Counted from the stretch's first letter, positions 35,164-48,273 are shown. The stretch is DNA of 54,120 nucleotides from Octopus bimaculoides (GCF_001194135.2 NC_068981.1:183972877-184026996); one strand, 5' to 3'. Translations and numbers: made by a program. Notes: generated by a model not told the origin, from the letters alone.

Positions 35164-36006
35164 CTTCAACAGTTCAACCACTCCACTTCCTGAGAAGGAT
35201 ACTTTATACAAACCTTCTTCGCAGGATTTTAACTTGGAATGCACGGCCAATTCATAACCTTCAGCCTTGACCATTTCGTCTTGGTGGAAACAAAGGTTTG
35301 GCACTTTGTCAAAGTAACCCCATCATATTTGTGCATGTAGCAGCAATTGCTTTGAGCTAAACACGCCAGTTGCACAACAAGGCCTACATTAGTTCAAAGA
35401 GAATAACTAAATCAAGAGACAAACAGGTGATTGGTCAGCCATGACCATTTCGTCCAGGAGGCGGAAATTAGATTTGTTCCTTCATCAAAGGAAATTTTCT
35501 AGTTACAAACTAGCGCTTAAGGTTTTCATTATGGTGTTGGTGTTTAGTCCCATTGCAACCAATTATCCGACAGACCTATGAAAGATTCCAACCATGACCA
35601 TCCTGCATTTACTGGCACAATTTATCTAACTACATTATGTCCTTCCTTTAAGGAATGAAGAGATTAGGTTCCCATTTCTAGCAATGGCAGACGTACCTTT
35701 ATTGTCTAAATGAGTGATTCCCAAACGATGTGGCAGAATGATTGAAAGAATTCAGAAAATTTTTTAAATTCATATGCTAAAAATAGCATTTCAAAATTTA
35801 AAATATTATTATGGGTTACTTTTAATTGCATGCAGGAGTCCTGGTATAAATAGTTACAAACAATTACAGACAGATTTTATCATTGGGATATTTTTGCATA
35901 TATCATGTATTAAGAATATAGTTACTCAGGTCTGCAAATTGGAAGAGAGCATTATCAACGATATCATCCTATCAAACCTATTTTGTTAGCAAAAATTAAA
36001 CCATAA

Positions 36007-36300
36007 ATCATCATCGTTTAACGTCCGCTTTCCATGCTAGCATGGGTTGGACGATTTGACTGAGGACTGGTGGACCAGGTGGCTACACCAGGCTCCAATC
36101 TGATTTGGCAGAGTTTCTACAGCTGGATGCCCTTCCTAATGCCAACCACTCAGAGTGTAGTGGGTGCTTTTACGTGCCACCGGCACGACGGCCAGCCTGG
36201 CGGTATTGGCAACAGCCACGCTCAAAAGGTGTTTTTTACATGCAACCTGCACAGCAGTCAGTCCAATGGCGCTGGCAACGACCTTGCTCGACGTGAACTA
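36007..36300 (-). repeat. RTE 3'-end copy; further copies at about 15636-15845(+), 19740-19875(+), 22735-22925(-), 25545-25655(+), 37175-37262(-), 38665-38772(-), 38885-39065(+), 39965-40032(+), 42428-42715(-), 42960-43160(+), 43632-43731(+), 44525-44685(+)
   Basis: All match the 3' UTR of 26540-27548. Confidence 0.85.
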
Positions 36301-36848
36301 TGATGAATAAAATGAAAGATATGGGATGTAATTTTTTGTGCAGGGGTTCCTTCAGACATGTAATTTATTTTAAGGGTTATGCAAGAGTAAAGAGGTTGAG
36401 AAACCCTGCTCTAGACTTTGGTGAGGCATGAGCAAATTTTCCTTCTAAAAATGCGGGTTTAAATCAATGTGTTGTCACAATGACATAACATCAGACATCC
36501 TTCACATGTTTGTGAAGTTCATGAAGATCTGATACATGTAGTTAACAAGGAAGGAGTAGTGTTACAGGTACATTTAACATCAGTATCATCACCATTTAGC
36601 ACCTACCTTTGATGCTGGCATGGATCAGGTGACTTAACAAGATCCGAGTGGGCAGAGGACTGCATCACACTCCACTGTCTACCCTGGAATGCCTTCTACA
36701 GCTGGACTCCCAATACTGGGTGCATTTTTTCATAGTACAAGTATTTCCATGTAGCTCAGAAGACCAAAACCCCCTATGAGCACAGCCTGTGGGAAACTAG
36801 AAGTCTAAGAAAGAGTTTGTTCAATTGATGAAATGATGGATAACTCAC

Positions 36849-36996
36849 CTGGCATATTCAAGATCTACTGAAGTTGGAGATGCAATTGAAGATCCAGATG
36901 TATTTCCAGATGCATTTCCAACTGAGATATCCGAAGATACTGGTTCCTTTACAACATCCAGTTGAAGATTGTCAACATTCAAATTGGGATCACATG
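36849..36996 (-). CDS. KIF22: KIF22 exon 10 (Ser-rich linker)
   Basis: Acceptor atcttcag, donor AG|gtgagt. 148 nt. Open frame, phase 1 to phase 2. Confidence 0.85.
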
Positions 36997-38062
36997 CTGA
37001 AGATAACCAAATGGAGAATAATGAAGAAATCAAATTAAAACCCTTACAAGTGTAAAATAATTTAATATTTATTGCACTAATGAGCACAAACAGATAAATT
37101 TAAAATAGTTAACAGTGCTGAAGTCATTCGCTGCGAAACTAAACAGATGTTAATATATTTTCCTGATCTCTTTCATCATCATTTAATGTCTAGTTTCCAT
37201 GCTGGCATGCATTGGACAGTTTTACAGAGGATTGGCAAGCCAGAAGGCTGTGCCAAGGTCCAATGTTTGTAGGCTGAATGCGGATGGTAAGATATGGAAG
37301 ATTTTGTTTAGAGTGAGAGTTTGTTAGTGTTCAGTCAAGCATGCAAAAATTTGTAATCAAATGTGTCAGATTTAGGTCGGGCGTTATGTTTTAGGGTTGA
37401 CAAAAGAACATAAATGGATGAAAAGGGGATTTGGTTAGTAGATATCTAAGTGGAATCTAATTGAGACTATTTACTTTCAGTTTATAAAATTTGAGCTAAA
37501 ATTTACAAAGATACATAAGATAGTGTTTCTAAGAACACACGTTGCCATGTGCTTGTTTAAAATCAGTAAGAGTTGAACACTTGGCTGTTATTTCTAGCAG
37601 GCCAAGTGACAATGTATTGTTTCCTTAGTTGAGTCACCACACCACATTTACTGATTCTTGTTCATAAAGGCTTCCTTTAACTCCTTGAATTCTAATGTCT
37701 ACCATCCTCATGATACCAGGTTGTCTCATCATTTTACGTCTTTCTATTTCTGTGCTGGGAATGGGTTAGACGAGTCATTTCTGCTCTCTTGGATGGGTCA
37801 AGGAACTCCATCTTGCTTGTTTCATTAGATGTCCTGCCTTATACCAAGCACTTTTCAGAGTGTATCGGATGCATTCTTTCATGGCAAAACTTATGTCTTT
37901 GACAATACTAAAGCATCCTTACAACACTGCACTTAGCAGAGTGAAGTGATTGCATCTTACGATGCCCACACTAGAGGGGACAAGTGAAAATGTTGGATAT
38001 CAAGAGCATCTGCAACCATTCTATATCATGGCCCACCCACCAACCACATACCTACATATATA

Positions 38063-38383
38063 CAGGGTGGCCCAAAAGTAGGTTTACAGTTATCACATAG
38101 GCACTTCAAATTTCTTTTAAAACATTTACATTTCCAGAGATGTACTTTCATAGCAACTGACCTGATCTGAGATCGTGTGCTGGAACGAAAACAATTGCAG
38201 CGTGGAAGGTGTCTATAAGTCATTTAAAATAACACACAAAAACCATTAGATTCACTTCAACATTTAAATTTAATTTGTGTCAAAATATTTCCGTCGCTTT
38301 GAGACCCCGAACTGTTTATGGTTTTATATCTTTTTATAATTAAAATCTAAACTTGATTGTAAACCTACTTTTGGGCCACCCTG
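38063..38383. mobile_element. Tc1/mariner-type MITE
   Basis: Perfect 26-bp TIR CAGGGTGGCCCAAAAGTAGGTTTACA, flanked by TA on the left and CA on the right. Confidence 0.9.
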
Positions 38384-39478
38384 CATATCCCTATATCTCT
38401 GATCCTACACCTTGAACATACTGTTCTATTCTTCAGCCACTCCTATATCTCCCACCTCACCCTTCTCCATACTGCTATTTCTCATAATCTACACCCCTCT
38501 ACCCTCACTGCATTAACTTCTACCCCCCACTCACACCCCTATGAATCAAAGCATCCAGTCTCTCATACCCTCCAGTGACCCGCCGTCTGCATACCCACTT
38601 ATGCTCAATTTCTTGCCCCTTCAGAGTCTGCTCTGACATCCCATATCACTACCTTCCTCATACCTCCCTCCATGTTGTTGTCGTCGTTTAACGTCCGCTT
38701 TCCATGCTAGCATGGGTTGGACGATTTGACTGAGGACTGGCGAAACCAGATGGCTACACCAGGCTCCAATCCATAGGCCTTTCAACACCTGGCATAAAGC
38801 CACCTAAATACTTCCACTTAGTAGTGGGAACTTCCCCTCCCCCATCCTTCTTTTACATTTTGCAAGTTTCATAGCAACCTCAGTAGTACCAGTGGCATGT
38901 AAAAAGCACCAAGTACACTATGTAAAGTGGTGGGCATAAAGAAAAGCATTCAGCCATAGAAACCATACCAAAAATTACATTGGAACCCGACACAGCCCTG
39001 CAGCTAGGCAGTTCCCTGTCAAGCCATCCAACCCATGCCAGCATGGAAAGTGGACATTAGATGGATAAGTGACTGGCGGATGTAGATACCAAAAGCCAGT
39101 GGTGGGAGTATAGATAGACTGTATGAGGTACGTGGTGGACCGACGAGGTCTCTTTCAGCTATATAGCTCAAGATGAGAGAGCTAAATAAGGAACAAGAGC
39201 ACAGGATGGAGTGTTCGAGAGAATCAGATCGGTCTCTAGGCATTTTTAGTTATCCTAGCAGCAATGTAGAGGGAGGAGAGTCACTGCTATCCTTAGTAAC
39301 ATGATCAGCTTAGCAGAGGAAAGACACACAAACGAGGCAGAGAGAAAGAGGTATGAGTATTTGGATCTGCAATCCTGGGACGGGATAGCTAGAGGCATGA
39401 GTATTTGGCACATGAGCTCAAGGCATAAATGTTCAGAGCTCCAATCCTACAATTGGCTGTAAAGGAAAATATTTTTAA

Positions 39479-39640
39479 CCCTTTCCTTACCGTATCTATT
39501 TTGAAATGCTCTGTTTCTTTCAATTAATTTTAAATATAAAGAATTTAGTAAAATAACAATTAAGCTAGTGTTAGGAACATAAATTGTGACCAAGGTTTGG
39601 GTGGAAGATCTTAATTCAGAACTTATGAAAGCAATGAAGA
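39479..39640 (+). mobile_element. Truncated piggyBac-type MITE
   Basis: TTAA|CCCTTTCCTTAC start. Interior matches 44219-44439 and the right TIR is missing. Confidence 0.75.
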
Positions 39641-39656
39641 TGGCATGAAATTTTAC

Positions 39657-39804
39657 CGTGGTCTTCTTGACAAGGAGCTGGATTGTTGACAATTTTCTTA
39701 CTCTTTGTAGCAAAGTTTAACGTACAGTAGGTATTGTAGTAGCATCTCTCTTCAGGTGCAATGGTTGCAAGCAATAGTGCGGAACTTCTACCACCAAAGG
39801 AGTC
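39657..39804 (-). CDS. KIF22: KIF22 exon 9 (DSFGG...TLNFATKSKKIVN...)
   Basis: Acceptor ttctaccag, donor G|gtaaaa. 148 nt. End of the motor domain. Confidence 0.95.
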
Positions 39805-40072
39805 CTGGTAGAAAGAAAATTAGAAAACCGTAACAGAGATGTGCATGGCTGTGTGGTTAAGGCATTTGTTTCACAACAACATGGTTCCAGGTTCAATCCT
39901 ACTGAACAGCTACTTCAGCAAATGTCTTCTACCAGAGCCTCAGGTTAAGCAATACCTTCTGAAAAGTTTGATCAGTCAAATCGTCCAACTCATGCTAGCA
40001 TGGAAAGCAGACGTTAAACGATGATGATGATGAAATTGAAACTATGCAGAAGCCCTACATGAGGGTGGGCAC

Positions 40073-40117
<45 letters not shown>

Positions 40118-41268
40118 NNNNNNNNNNNNNNNNNNNNNNNNNNNNNNNNNNNNNNNNNNNNNNNNNNNNNNNNNNNNNNNNNNNNNNNNNNNNNNNNNNN
40201 NNNNNNNNNNNNNNNNNNNNNNNNNNNNNNNNNNNNNNNNNNNNNNNNNNNNNNNNNNNNNNNNNNNNNNNNNNNNNNNNNNNNNNNNNNNNNNNNNNNN
40301 NNNNNNNNNNNNNNNNNNNNNNNNNNNNNNNNNNNNNNNNNNNNNNNNNNNNNNNNNNNNNNNNNNNNNNNNNNNNNNNNNNNNNNNNNNNNNNNNNNNN
40401 NNNNNNNNNNNNNNNNNNNNNNNNNNNNNNNNNNNNNNNNNNNNNNNNNNNNNNNNNNNNNNNNNNNNNNNNAAACCTATACACACACATACATATATAT
40501 GACGGGCTTCTTTCAGTTTCCGTCGACCAAATCCACTCACAAGGCTTTGGTTGGCCTGAGGCTATAGTAGAAGACACTTGCCCAAGGTGCCACGCAGTGG
40601 GACTGTGTAAATATAAAAAAGTGCTTTTGTAATATTTTGTCCTGCACCGAGTTACAGGGACACCCTTGTCACATTTCTCATCAGAAATAAATTGAAGCAG
40701 TGATTAGCCTGTTGGAGGCCTGTAATTCACGATGCTAATGTTCTCAAACTGCATTACCTTATGCTTTTGAGCGTTTCAGTCATTAGGCTGCAGCCATACT
40801 AGGAGATTGCCTTGAAGAGTTTCCATCACATAAACCCCAGCCAGTCATCATTTTAACTTCCGTTTTCCATGCTGACGTGAGTTACAACGGTTGGGAATGA
40901 GATCAGGAACAAAGGACACTTGTTGCCTGACAGAGACATTCATTTACAATTATCATGCAACATACATGAACATGCACACAAGCTTCTTTCAGTTTCCATC
41001 TACTAAATCCTCTCAAGCCTTTAGTCACCAGGGTTACAGCACAAGAGACTTCTTGAAGATGCCACAGTGGGACTGAACTCAGAACTATGTAATTGGGAAT
41101 CAGACTTACTACACAACTACACCAGCACCTATGAAAACAAAGCTATTAAACCACAATCAACAATGGCATATCCAACCATCTATGGAATGGTTTTGTTCTT
41201 TCACCTCAAATCCTCTTACATGGTTATCTTTCATAAATAAATGTTCAATTCTTGAAAATCATATTTAC

Positions 41269-41313
41269 CTGTAAAAGTCTTGTAAGTTTACTGTCTCGAT
41301 ATGGTATTCTTTT
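41269..41313 (-). CDS. KIF22: KIF22 exon 8 (KRIPYRDSKLTRLLQ)
   Basis: Acceptor ttttcag, donor CAG|gtaaat. 45 nt. Microtubule-binding L12/alpha5 motif. Confidence 0.95.
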
Positions 41314-43210
41314 CTGAAAAAAAATTGGGATACAATGAGAAAATGAAAATACAATAAAGCAAAATATTTTCATTTAAAAAGGTAGATTTCTTTACCTCAT
41401 TTGTGATTTGAATATTTTGACTTTGGATTTTTCACAAAATTCTCAAATAATCTAAATATAACTCAGAATGCACTGCCAATTCAAAACCTTCAGCCTTGAC
41501 CATTTCATCTTGAGGTTGACACTTTGTCAAAGTACCCCCATCCTATTTGTGCATGCAACAGCAGTTGTTTTGAGTTAAACACGGGAGTTGCACAACAATG
41601 AAGTCTAGATTTCTACACCAAAAAAATGCATTATGATCAAAATTTTAGTTTATTTTGTCTGAAATATGTGATCAGATATTATAAGGTGCTTTCTGTAATA
41701 AATATGCTCAGATTTGAGCAGCAATCAATTTCTAAGTTTGAAAGAAAAATATTTTTCTAACTCCAGCATACTTTATTTCAGCACATGGCTTAGCAGTTAG
41801 ATTATTTGGCCCAGTCAGGAGTTCAATTCCTGGAAGCAATTCTAACATTGTGAGTGACCCCAGTGCACAACTGGTATTTATTTAATCAACCAGCAAAAGG
41901 ATGAAAGGCAAAGTCAACCTTGGCAGAACTTGAACTCAGAAAGCTGGAGGACAGCATGCTCCTAAGTATTTTGTCTAGCATGCTAATGTTTCTGCCAGCT
42001 TGCTAAACTTAATATATTTCAGATTTTGGCACAAGGCCAGCAATTTCAGGAGGGGAAAGATGATAGCATCTCCCAGTACTCAGTTGGTACTTATTTTATC
42101 AGGCCTGAAGGAATGAAAGACAAAGTCAACCTCAGTGGAATTTGGACTCACAATGTGAAGACTGACAAAATTCCGCAAAGCATTTCACCCAGCTTGCTAA
42201 CAATTCTGCCAGCTTGTCACCTTAATAAAATTGATAAGCAAGCATTCTCTTACCACCATTAAATCTATAATCTACTGCCAACACGAGTCAAGTGAGAAAG
42301 CTTCTATATCAAGCCCAGCCAACTCAAATTACATTGTGGGCCACTTTAATCACAGAAAGTTTTTTGAGGGATGCTTGAATACTTTGAGCTAATAGTCAAA
42401 TAATCAAATTACAGAATCAAGAATATTTCATCATCATCGATTAATGTTCGTTTTCCATGCTGGCATGGGTTGGGTGGTTTTACGGAGGTCTAGAGAGCCA
42501 GCATCTGCACCAGGCTCCAATCTGGTCTGGCAGTTTCTACAGCTGGGTACCTTTCCTAACGGCAACCACTCCGAATTTAGTGTGTGCTTTTTACATGCCA
42601 CCAGCACAGGAGCCAGTAAGGCGGGCCTGGCAACAATCACATTCGAATAGTACCTTTTACATGCCATCAGCACAGGAGCCAGTTGGGGGTACTGACATCG
42701 GTCACGATTGGATGGTGTTGAGTGGTTAAGGTGTTACATGATCAAGATCACAGGTTCAATACCAGCACCAGGTGGTGCATTGTGTTCATTCAGCTGTAAA
42801 CAAGTAACCCTGTAAGATTTGTATTAAATTCAGGGGAAATATTATCTTGATGCCTTATGTGACATAGAATACGGGTGACCAGCCCAATGAATATTAGAAC
42901 TCAAGACAATATCTAGGGTTGATGGATCATAAATTTATTATATATCCCTAAGGTAACTGGTGAAGGTGCCACATAAAAAGCTCTAAGCACTGGTGCCATG
43001 TAAAAAGCGCCCAGCCTTGAGTGGCTGGCATTAGGAAGTGCATCCAGCTGTAGTAACCAGACCAAAACAATGGAACCTGATGTGGCCCCTGGTCTTGCCA
43101 ACTTCTGTCAAACTGTTCCACCCATGCCAGCATGGAAAACGAACATTAAATGGTGATGACAAATGTAACAAATACAAAAACATAAATAATCAAAATTAAG
43201 CCTAACCCAC

Positions 43211-43286
43211 CTGACCACTTCGAACGGCATCGACAACTTCATGGAGGACAAACAAAGATTTGTTGATGCATGAGCTTTCTCGCATC
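43211..43286 (-). CDS. KIF22: KIF22 exon 7 (MRESSCINKSLFVLHEVVDAVRSGQ)
   Basis: Acceptor attttcag, donor CAG|gtgggt. 76 nt. Kinesin helix alpha4. Confidence 0.95.
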
Positions 43287-43922
43287 CTGAAAATAAAATT
43301 TGGAAAAAAAAAAATTATCACAAGTAAAATATTCCAATTGGAATGGTATTTTATATTTTTCTGAATAAAAGAATAAATTTAAAAAAAAAAACTTTATTTT
43401 CAGTTTGAAATTTTAAGTTAATGAAAAAAAAATTTTTCAATTTAACTTCAAATGAAAATGTCATTTGAAAGTTTTGGCTGCTATTTCTAAAACACTGAAC
43501 AACTGTATATAACAGACATAGGCAGCATTTTAAGGCCACATGAGGTGAGTTGCACCAATAAAAATTTTAGAAAGGTCAACCTTCATCCAGTGAATCTAAT
43601 GTAACCATAACTATCACATTTCTATTCAGATGAGCCTGGTGTTGCCATCCGGTTTCACCAGTCCTCAGTCAAATCGTGCAACCCATGCTAGCATGGAAAG
43701 CGGACGTTAAACGATGATGATGATGATGATATAGTGCACTGAATAAATTAAAATCCAGGATCTGAGAAAACTAAGGACTGTCTGCAAAAATTATAAGACT
43801 AATGTTGAAGACTACATTCACCATCAATGTTGAAGACTACATTCACCATTAATGTGGTCCATGAAATCGCTCAGGTTCAACTGAGCTAGTTTCTTTATAA
43901 ACAATCAAACATTACAATAGAC

Positions 43923-44193
43923 CAGTGGTTCCCAAACTTTTGGGGTCTGCTGCCCCTTTGACATCCAGGCCACATTCCAAACACCCCCACCCCAACTAAC
44001 CATCACAAGCATAGGCCTTTCTGAAGCAAATTCAAAGCAACTGTATTTCACAAATAAAACAACCTAACAAACCCATTATTTTGATGTTTTTACATGAATT
44101 GCCACACCATTATTGCCCCACTTTTCTTCAACACCCCCTTTAGAACTTTCCCTGCCCCCAGGGAGGAAATACCACCCACTTTGGGAACCACTG
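43923..44193. mobile_element. hAT-type MITE
   Basis: TIR CAGTGGTTCCCAAA / TTTGGGAACCACTG. 8-bp TSD caatagac / cactagac. Confidence 0.9.
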
Positions 44194-44218
44194 CACTAGA
44201 CCAATTGAGAAATTTTAA

Positions 44219-44439
44219 CCCTTTCATTACTGTATTTATTTTGAGATGCTCTGTGTTTCTTTCAATTACTTTAAATGTAACAAAGAATTTAGTAAAATAA
44301 CTTAGTTATCATTCAGCTAGTGTTAGGAACATAAATTGTGATTAAAGTTTGGAGGAAGATCTTAATTCAAAACTTATGAAAACAAGACATTTGTACTACA
44401 GAGCCAGAGGAGGTTTCAGCTGGGTTCGTAATGAAAGGG
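44219..44439. mobile_element. piggyBac-type MITE
   Basis: TTAA|CCCTTTCATTAC ... GTAATGAAAGGG|TTAA. A solo end follows at 44462. Confidence 0.9.
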
Positions 44440-45095
44440 TTAACATAGTTATCTACGTTAACCCTTTCATTACTGCTTTCTCAACCCCTCACAGCTGAGA
44501 GATCTAATCATGTGAGTTACTTGGTGGCCTCAATGCCATGCAAAAAGTACTCAGAACACACAGTAAAGTGTTTGGAATCGGGGAAGGCACCCCATTATAG
44601 AAACCATGCCAAAAGTAGACACCAGAGCTCTAACACATCAGCTCTTCTGAAATCGTCCCAACCATGCCAGCATGGAAAATATGTTTAACCAATAAACACT
44701 GGCAGAAAATATCCATTTTATTTCATCCGTTTCAACCATTAGACTGCGGCCATGCTGAGGCACTGCCTTGAAATTTTAGCTGAATGGATCGATCCCAGGT
44801 TTTTTTCCCTTTATTTTCTACACCTGGTACTTAGTTTCTTACTGAACCGCTAAGTTACAGGGATGTAAACAAGACCAACACTGGTTGTCAAGTCAGGACA
44901 AACATACGATGGGCTTCTTTCAGTTTTCATCTACCATATCTACCCACAAGGTTTTGGTCAGCCCAAGGCTATAGAAGACACTTGGCCCAGGTGCCACGCA
45001 ATGGAACTGAATCCAGAACCAAGTGATTGAGAAGCAAACTTCTTACCACACAGCCACAACTGTGCCCATGATAAATATAATGAAAGAATCCTCAC

Positions 45096-45269
45096 CTCAA
45101 GCCTTTATTCCCAGATAATTTGTTATTCTCGGAGCCAGCCAAATCAACAAACTGTATTTTACTAACGCTGGTCCTAAATGGTGAATACACTTGGGTTTTC
45201 TCAATAATTACCATCAAAATGGTATGACTGCGACTGGAATGGCTATTCAAGTTGCTGGAAACAGTGGTT
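45096..45269 (-). CDS. KIF22: KIF22 exon 6 (switch I SSRSH and switch II DLAGSE)
   Basis: Acceptor ttattcag, donor AG|gtgagg. 174 nt. Invariant kinesin motifs are intact. Confidence 0.97.
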
Positions 45270-45407
45270 CTGAATAAAAGAAAGTGCAAATATCTTTTAA
45301 AGTCATGAAAAGGCAAACTAAAAACTTCAGAAAAAAAATCTCTTATGAGAAAGCAAAAGAAAGCAGGTCATTTCACCTGTCAACAAAATCACCTTGACGA
45401 AAATTAA

Positions 45408-45448
<41 letters not shown>

Positions 45449-45487
45449 ATATATATATATATATAAATGGAGAAATTCATGACATAC

Positions 45488-45633
45488 CTTTGTGACATGG
45501 CAGGCAGGAATATGGATTCAAATTCCTCATAAGAAGCTATTTCTTTCACAGAAAGGCGATGAACTATGATGTTTTTGTTGGTATCTTCCCAGATTTGCAG
45601 ATCAGATTTACTTACAATCAACAAGTCTATCAC
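45488..45633 (-). CDS. KIF22: KIF22 exon 5 (VIDLL...IFLPAMSQR)
   Basis: Acceptor gttttag, donor AG|gtatgt. 146 nt. Confidence 0.95.
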
Positions 45634-45679
45634 CTAAAACAACAAGAGTAGCTGTTACTGATATCATCATATTACTGTA

Positions 45680-45728
<49 letters not shown>

Positions 45729-46170
45729 GTAGTAGTAGTAGCGGCAAGGTGGTGAGCTGGCAGAATCGTTAGCACGCCAGACAAAATGCTTAGTGGCATT
45801 TTCTACGTCTTTACAGCCCAAGTTCAAATTTGCCTTTCATCATTTGAAAGTTGATAAATTTAGTTGATAAGTCAAGTACTGGTGATCGATGAGGAGACGT
45901 AATGAAACTGCCTTGTTTGTAGTTGTCTTATCTTGACCAAATGTTAATATATTTTGCAGACCAAAAATTCCATGCAAAATGCAGGACTTAGAAAAGATAG
46001 TGATGTTTGAATGCTTACACTGTTTTCACTATAAACTATACTGTTTTGTATGCCAGAAAATGTTATGAGGAAAGTGAAAGTTTCCTGCAGTCGAAACTGA
46101 AAAATTTTTTTAATGCAAAGAAATGATAAAGAATGAAAAAGAACTGAGTGAACTATTGAAACAAAAATAC

Positions 46171-46319
46171 CTTTTCATTATAAATCTCTAAAAATGACAA
46201 TTTCATTCTATAAGTATGCATTCCATTTGTAGCAGTTTCAATGGTCTGGAATAAATCCCTTAATGCTTGTGGTACAATTCCTGGCTTATCACTGGTTCCA
46301 ATCATTGTATAGGTTTTTC
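46171..46319 (-). CDS. KIF22: KIF22 exon 4 (KTYTMIG...SFLEIYNEK)
   Basis: Acceptor cttttcag, donor AAG|gtattt. 149 nt. Contains the GKT and LEIYNE motifs. Confidence 0.95.
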
Positions 46320-46408
46320 CTGAAAAGATAAATCAAAACCCAGTCGTGAGACAATGTTTCAAGTAATTAAAAAATGAAAAACCAATTTAAAAAAAAAAAA
46401 CTCCTTAC

Positions 46409-46536
46409 CTGTTCCTGTAGCTCCATATGCCAAAACAGACATATTTTTTCCATTGAAGACTTTATCTAATTTAGGCGCCACAAAGGTTTTATAAACATCA
46501 TCTTGGGTACTGTCAGCATCAAAGACTGTAGTAAAC
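46409..46536 (-). CDS. KIF22: KIF22 exon 3 (FTTVFDADSTQDDVY...VLAYGATGTG)
   Basis: Acceptor ttcttcag, donor G|gtaagg. 128 nt. First half of the P-loop. Confidence 0.95.
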
Positions 46537-47934
46537 CTGAAGAAATGATCAGTAACACATTGAAGAAATTGAAAACAAGTTAATCAAGAATTAAACTGGA
46601 GGTTAAAGAAAATACAAGCAGTCAAAATAGAAAAACTGGTGTAGATCTCATTCCAAGTCCAGCAGTAGACAAGATACAGGCAGGTGTTTAATAGAATAAG
46701 ATCTCAGTAGGGTTGAGAAACTTAAAAGATTGAGATTCTAAAGTAGAATGTAGCACAGTCTTCAATAATCTGTCTTAATACCGACCCATCTGACAGCTCC
46801 TAGTTCTATATGGACTTTGTTTTAAAGTTATCTAAATTTAAACTGTCCAATAAAATTTCATGTTAGCTTATGCTCAAAATACCAGGTTAATGCCGAAGTT
46901 ATTTTAATTTTTCAAAACTAATAGAAAAAAATAAATAAAACCAATGTATTTCAACAGAAATATGGTACAAAAGGATTAAGCATTACTCAGAGAAACACTT
47001 TCTTACAATGTGTCATCACCAACTGCTACAAGGACAAATGTTATACAACAGACGAGATAACAGATAAAAGTTAAGATTAAAAATAAATATGGTAAAGAAT
47101 TAAAAATAAATATGGTCGCTTGACGTTTTCAGTACTTGTATCGAAGGATGACCCAGTGTTAATAATTGAATGTAGTTGGGGCTTCTCCATTAACTCAGAA
47201 TTGCATACACTACTGCCTTTTATATGAGTCACAAAAAAAACTTGGCAAAGAGTAAGAAAATTCAAGCAAAATGTAAGATAGCTAGATTGGTTTTGAAGCT
47301 GAAACTAAATGTTGCACTGTTTAAACTGATTATGATTATGCAATGACTGTTTAAACTGATTATTGCAATGACCTTTCATTATTTTGAATACTGAAGTAGG
47401 CCAGAAAATTGTGATGAGTCTCATACTCTGCATTACCTTCATCTACGATTGCTACTTCACCCAAGCTCAGAAAATATCACCCAGTCTCATGAAGAAACAA
47501 TAGGCTTTATCGTCATCAACAAATTAGCAGAGTTAGAGAAAATACAGACATGAGGTGACATGGTTGGTACTCAATACCCAAACAGTTCTGGAATTTACAG
47601 TGGAAAACAAGTTGAAACTTATACATCTTCCCATACACAATAAGATTTGAGTCCAAAACTGATTGGAACATCAAGTTAATCAGCATTCACAGAATACAAT
47701 CACCACTACCACCACCACCACCCATGCATCACATCATAAGCACAACATCTGCACTTCAAGAACCTCCACTATCCCTTCTCAAAACAAATTGCTCTTCCTG
47801 CACTGGCAACTTATCTGCTGGAAATAAATCCCTCTTCACTGACTCACCATTGGTGTAATTTTATTGGTGATCTTTCGTTCTGACTCGAATTCTATAAACA
47901 TACCACTCACTAATTTCCATGAGCCCGTGTTAGG

Positions 47935-48187
47935 TGTCAGTTGACGTATCTAAGTAGAAAGAGAAAGCTAATGGGTTGTACGTCTGTGTGCGTCCGTGCT
48001 TGTTCTGTTTTATGTATTTGTGTGCAATGTAGATATAAAGAAATTACACCAACAATGTCATGGATTTTACACACACACATGAAGCAGGTAAGAAGTTTAA
48101 AATGCGACATTGTTGGCGTAATTTCGTTATATCTACATTCCACACACACATAGCTTTCTCTTTCCACTTTCAATACGTCAACTGACA
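47935..48187. repeat. Fold-back element with two nested imperfect inverted arms
   Basis: Outer arm tgtcagttgacgtat..aagt.gaaagagaaagcta (about 36 bp). Inner arm tgtgtg.aatgtagatataa.gaaattac.ccaacaatgtc (about 48 bp). Confidence 0.85.
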
Positions 48188-48273
48188 GTTGACAACACTT
48201 GCTCACAGAAATGCCCAAGTAATATGTTTACAGAATTCAAGTCAAAACGGAAGGTCACCATTTTATTACTCAC

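Noticed and set aside
47437-47470. Exon-like LSLGEVAIVDE followed by G|gtaatg
   Set aside because: There is an in-frame upstream stop and no good acceptor, and exons 2 and 3 already join correctly.
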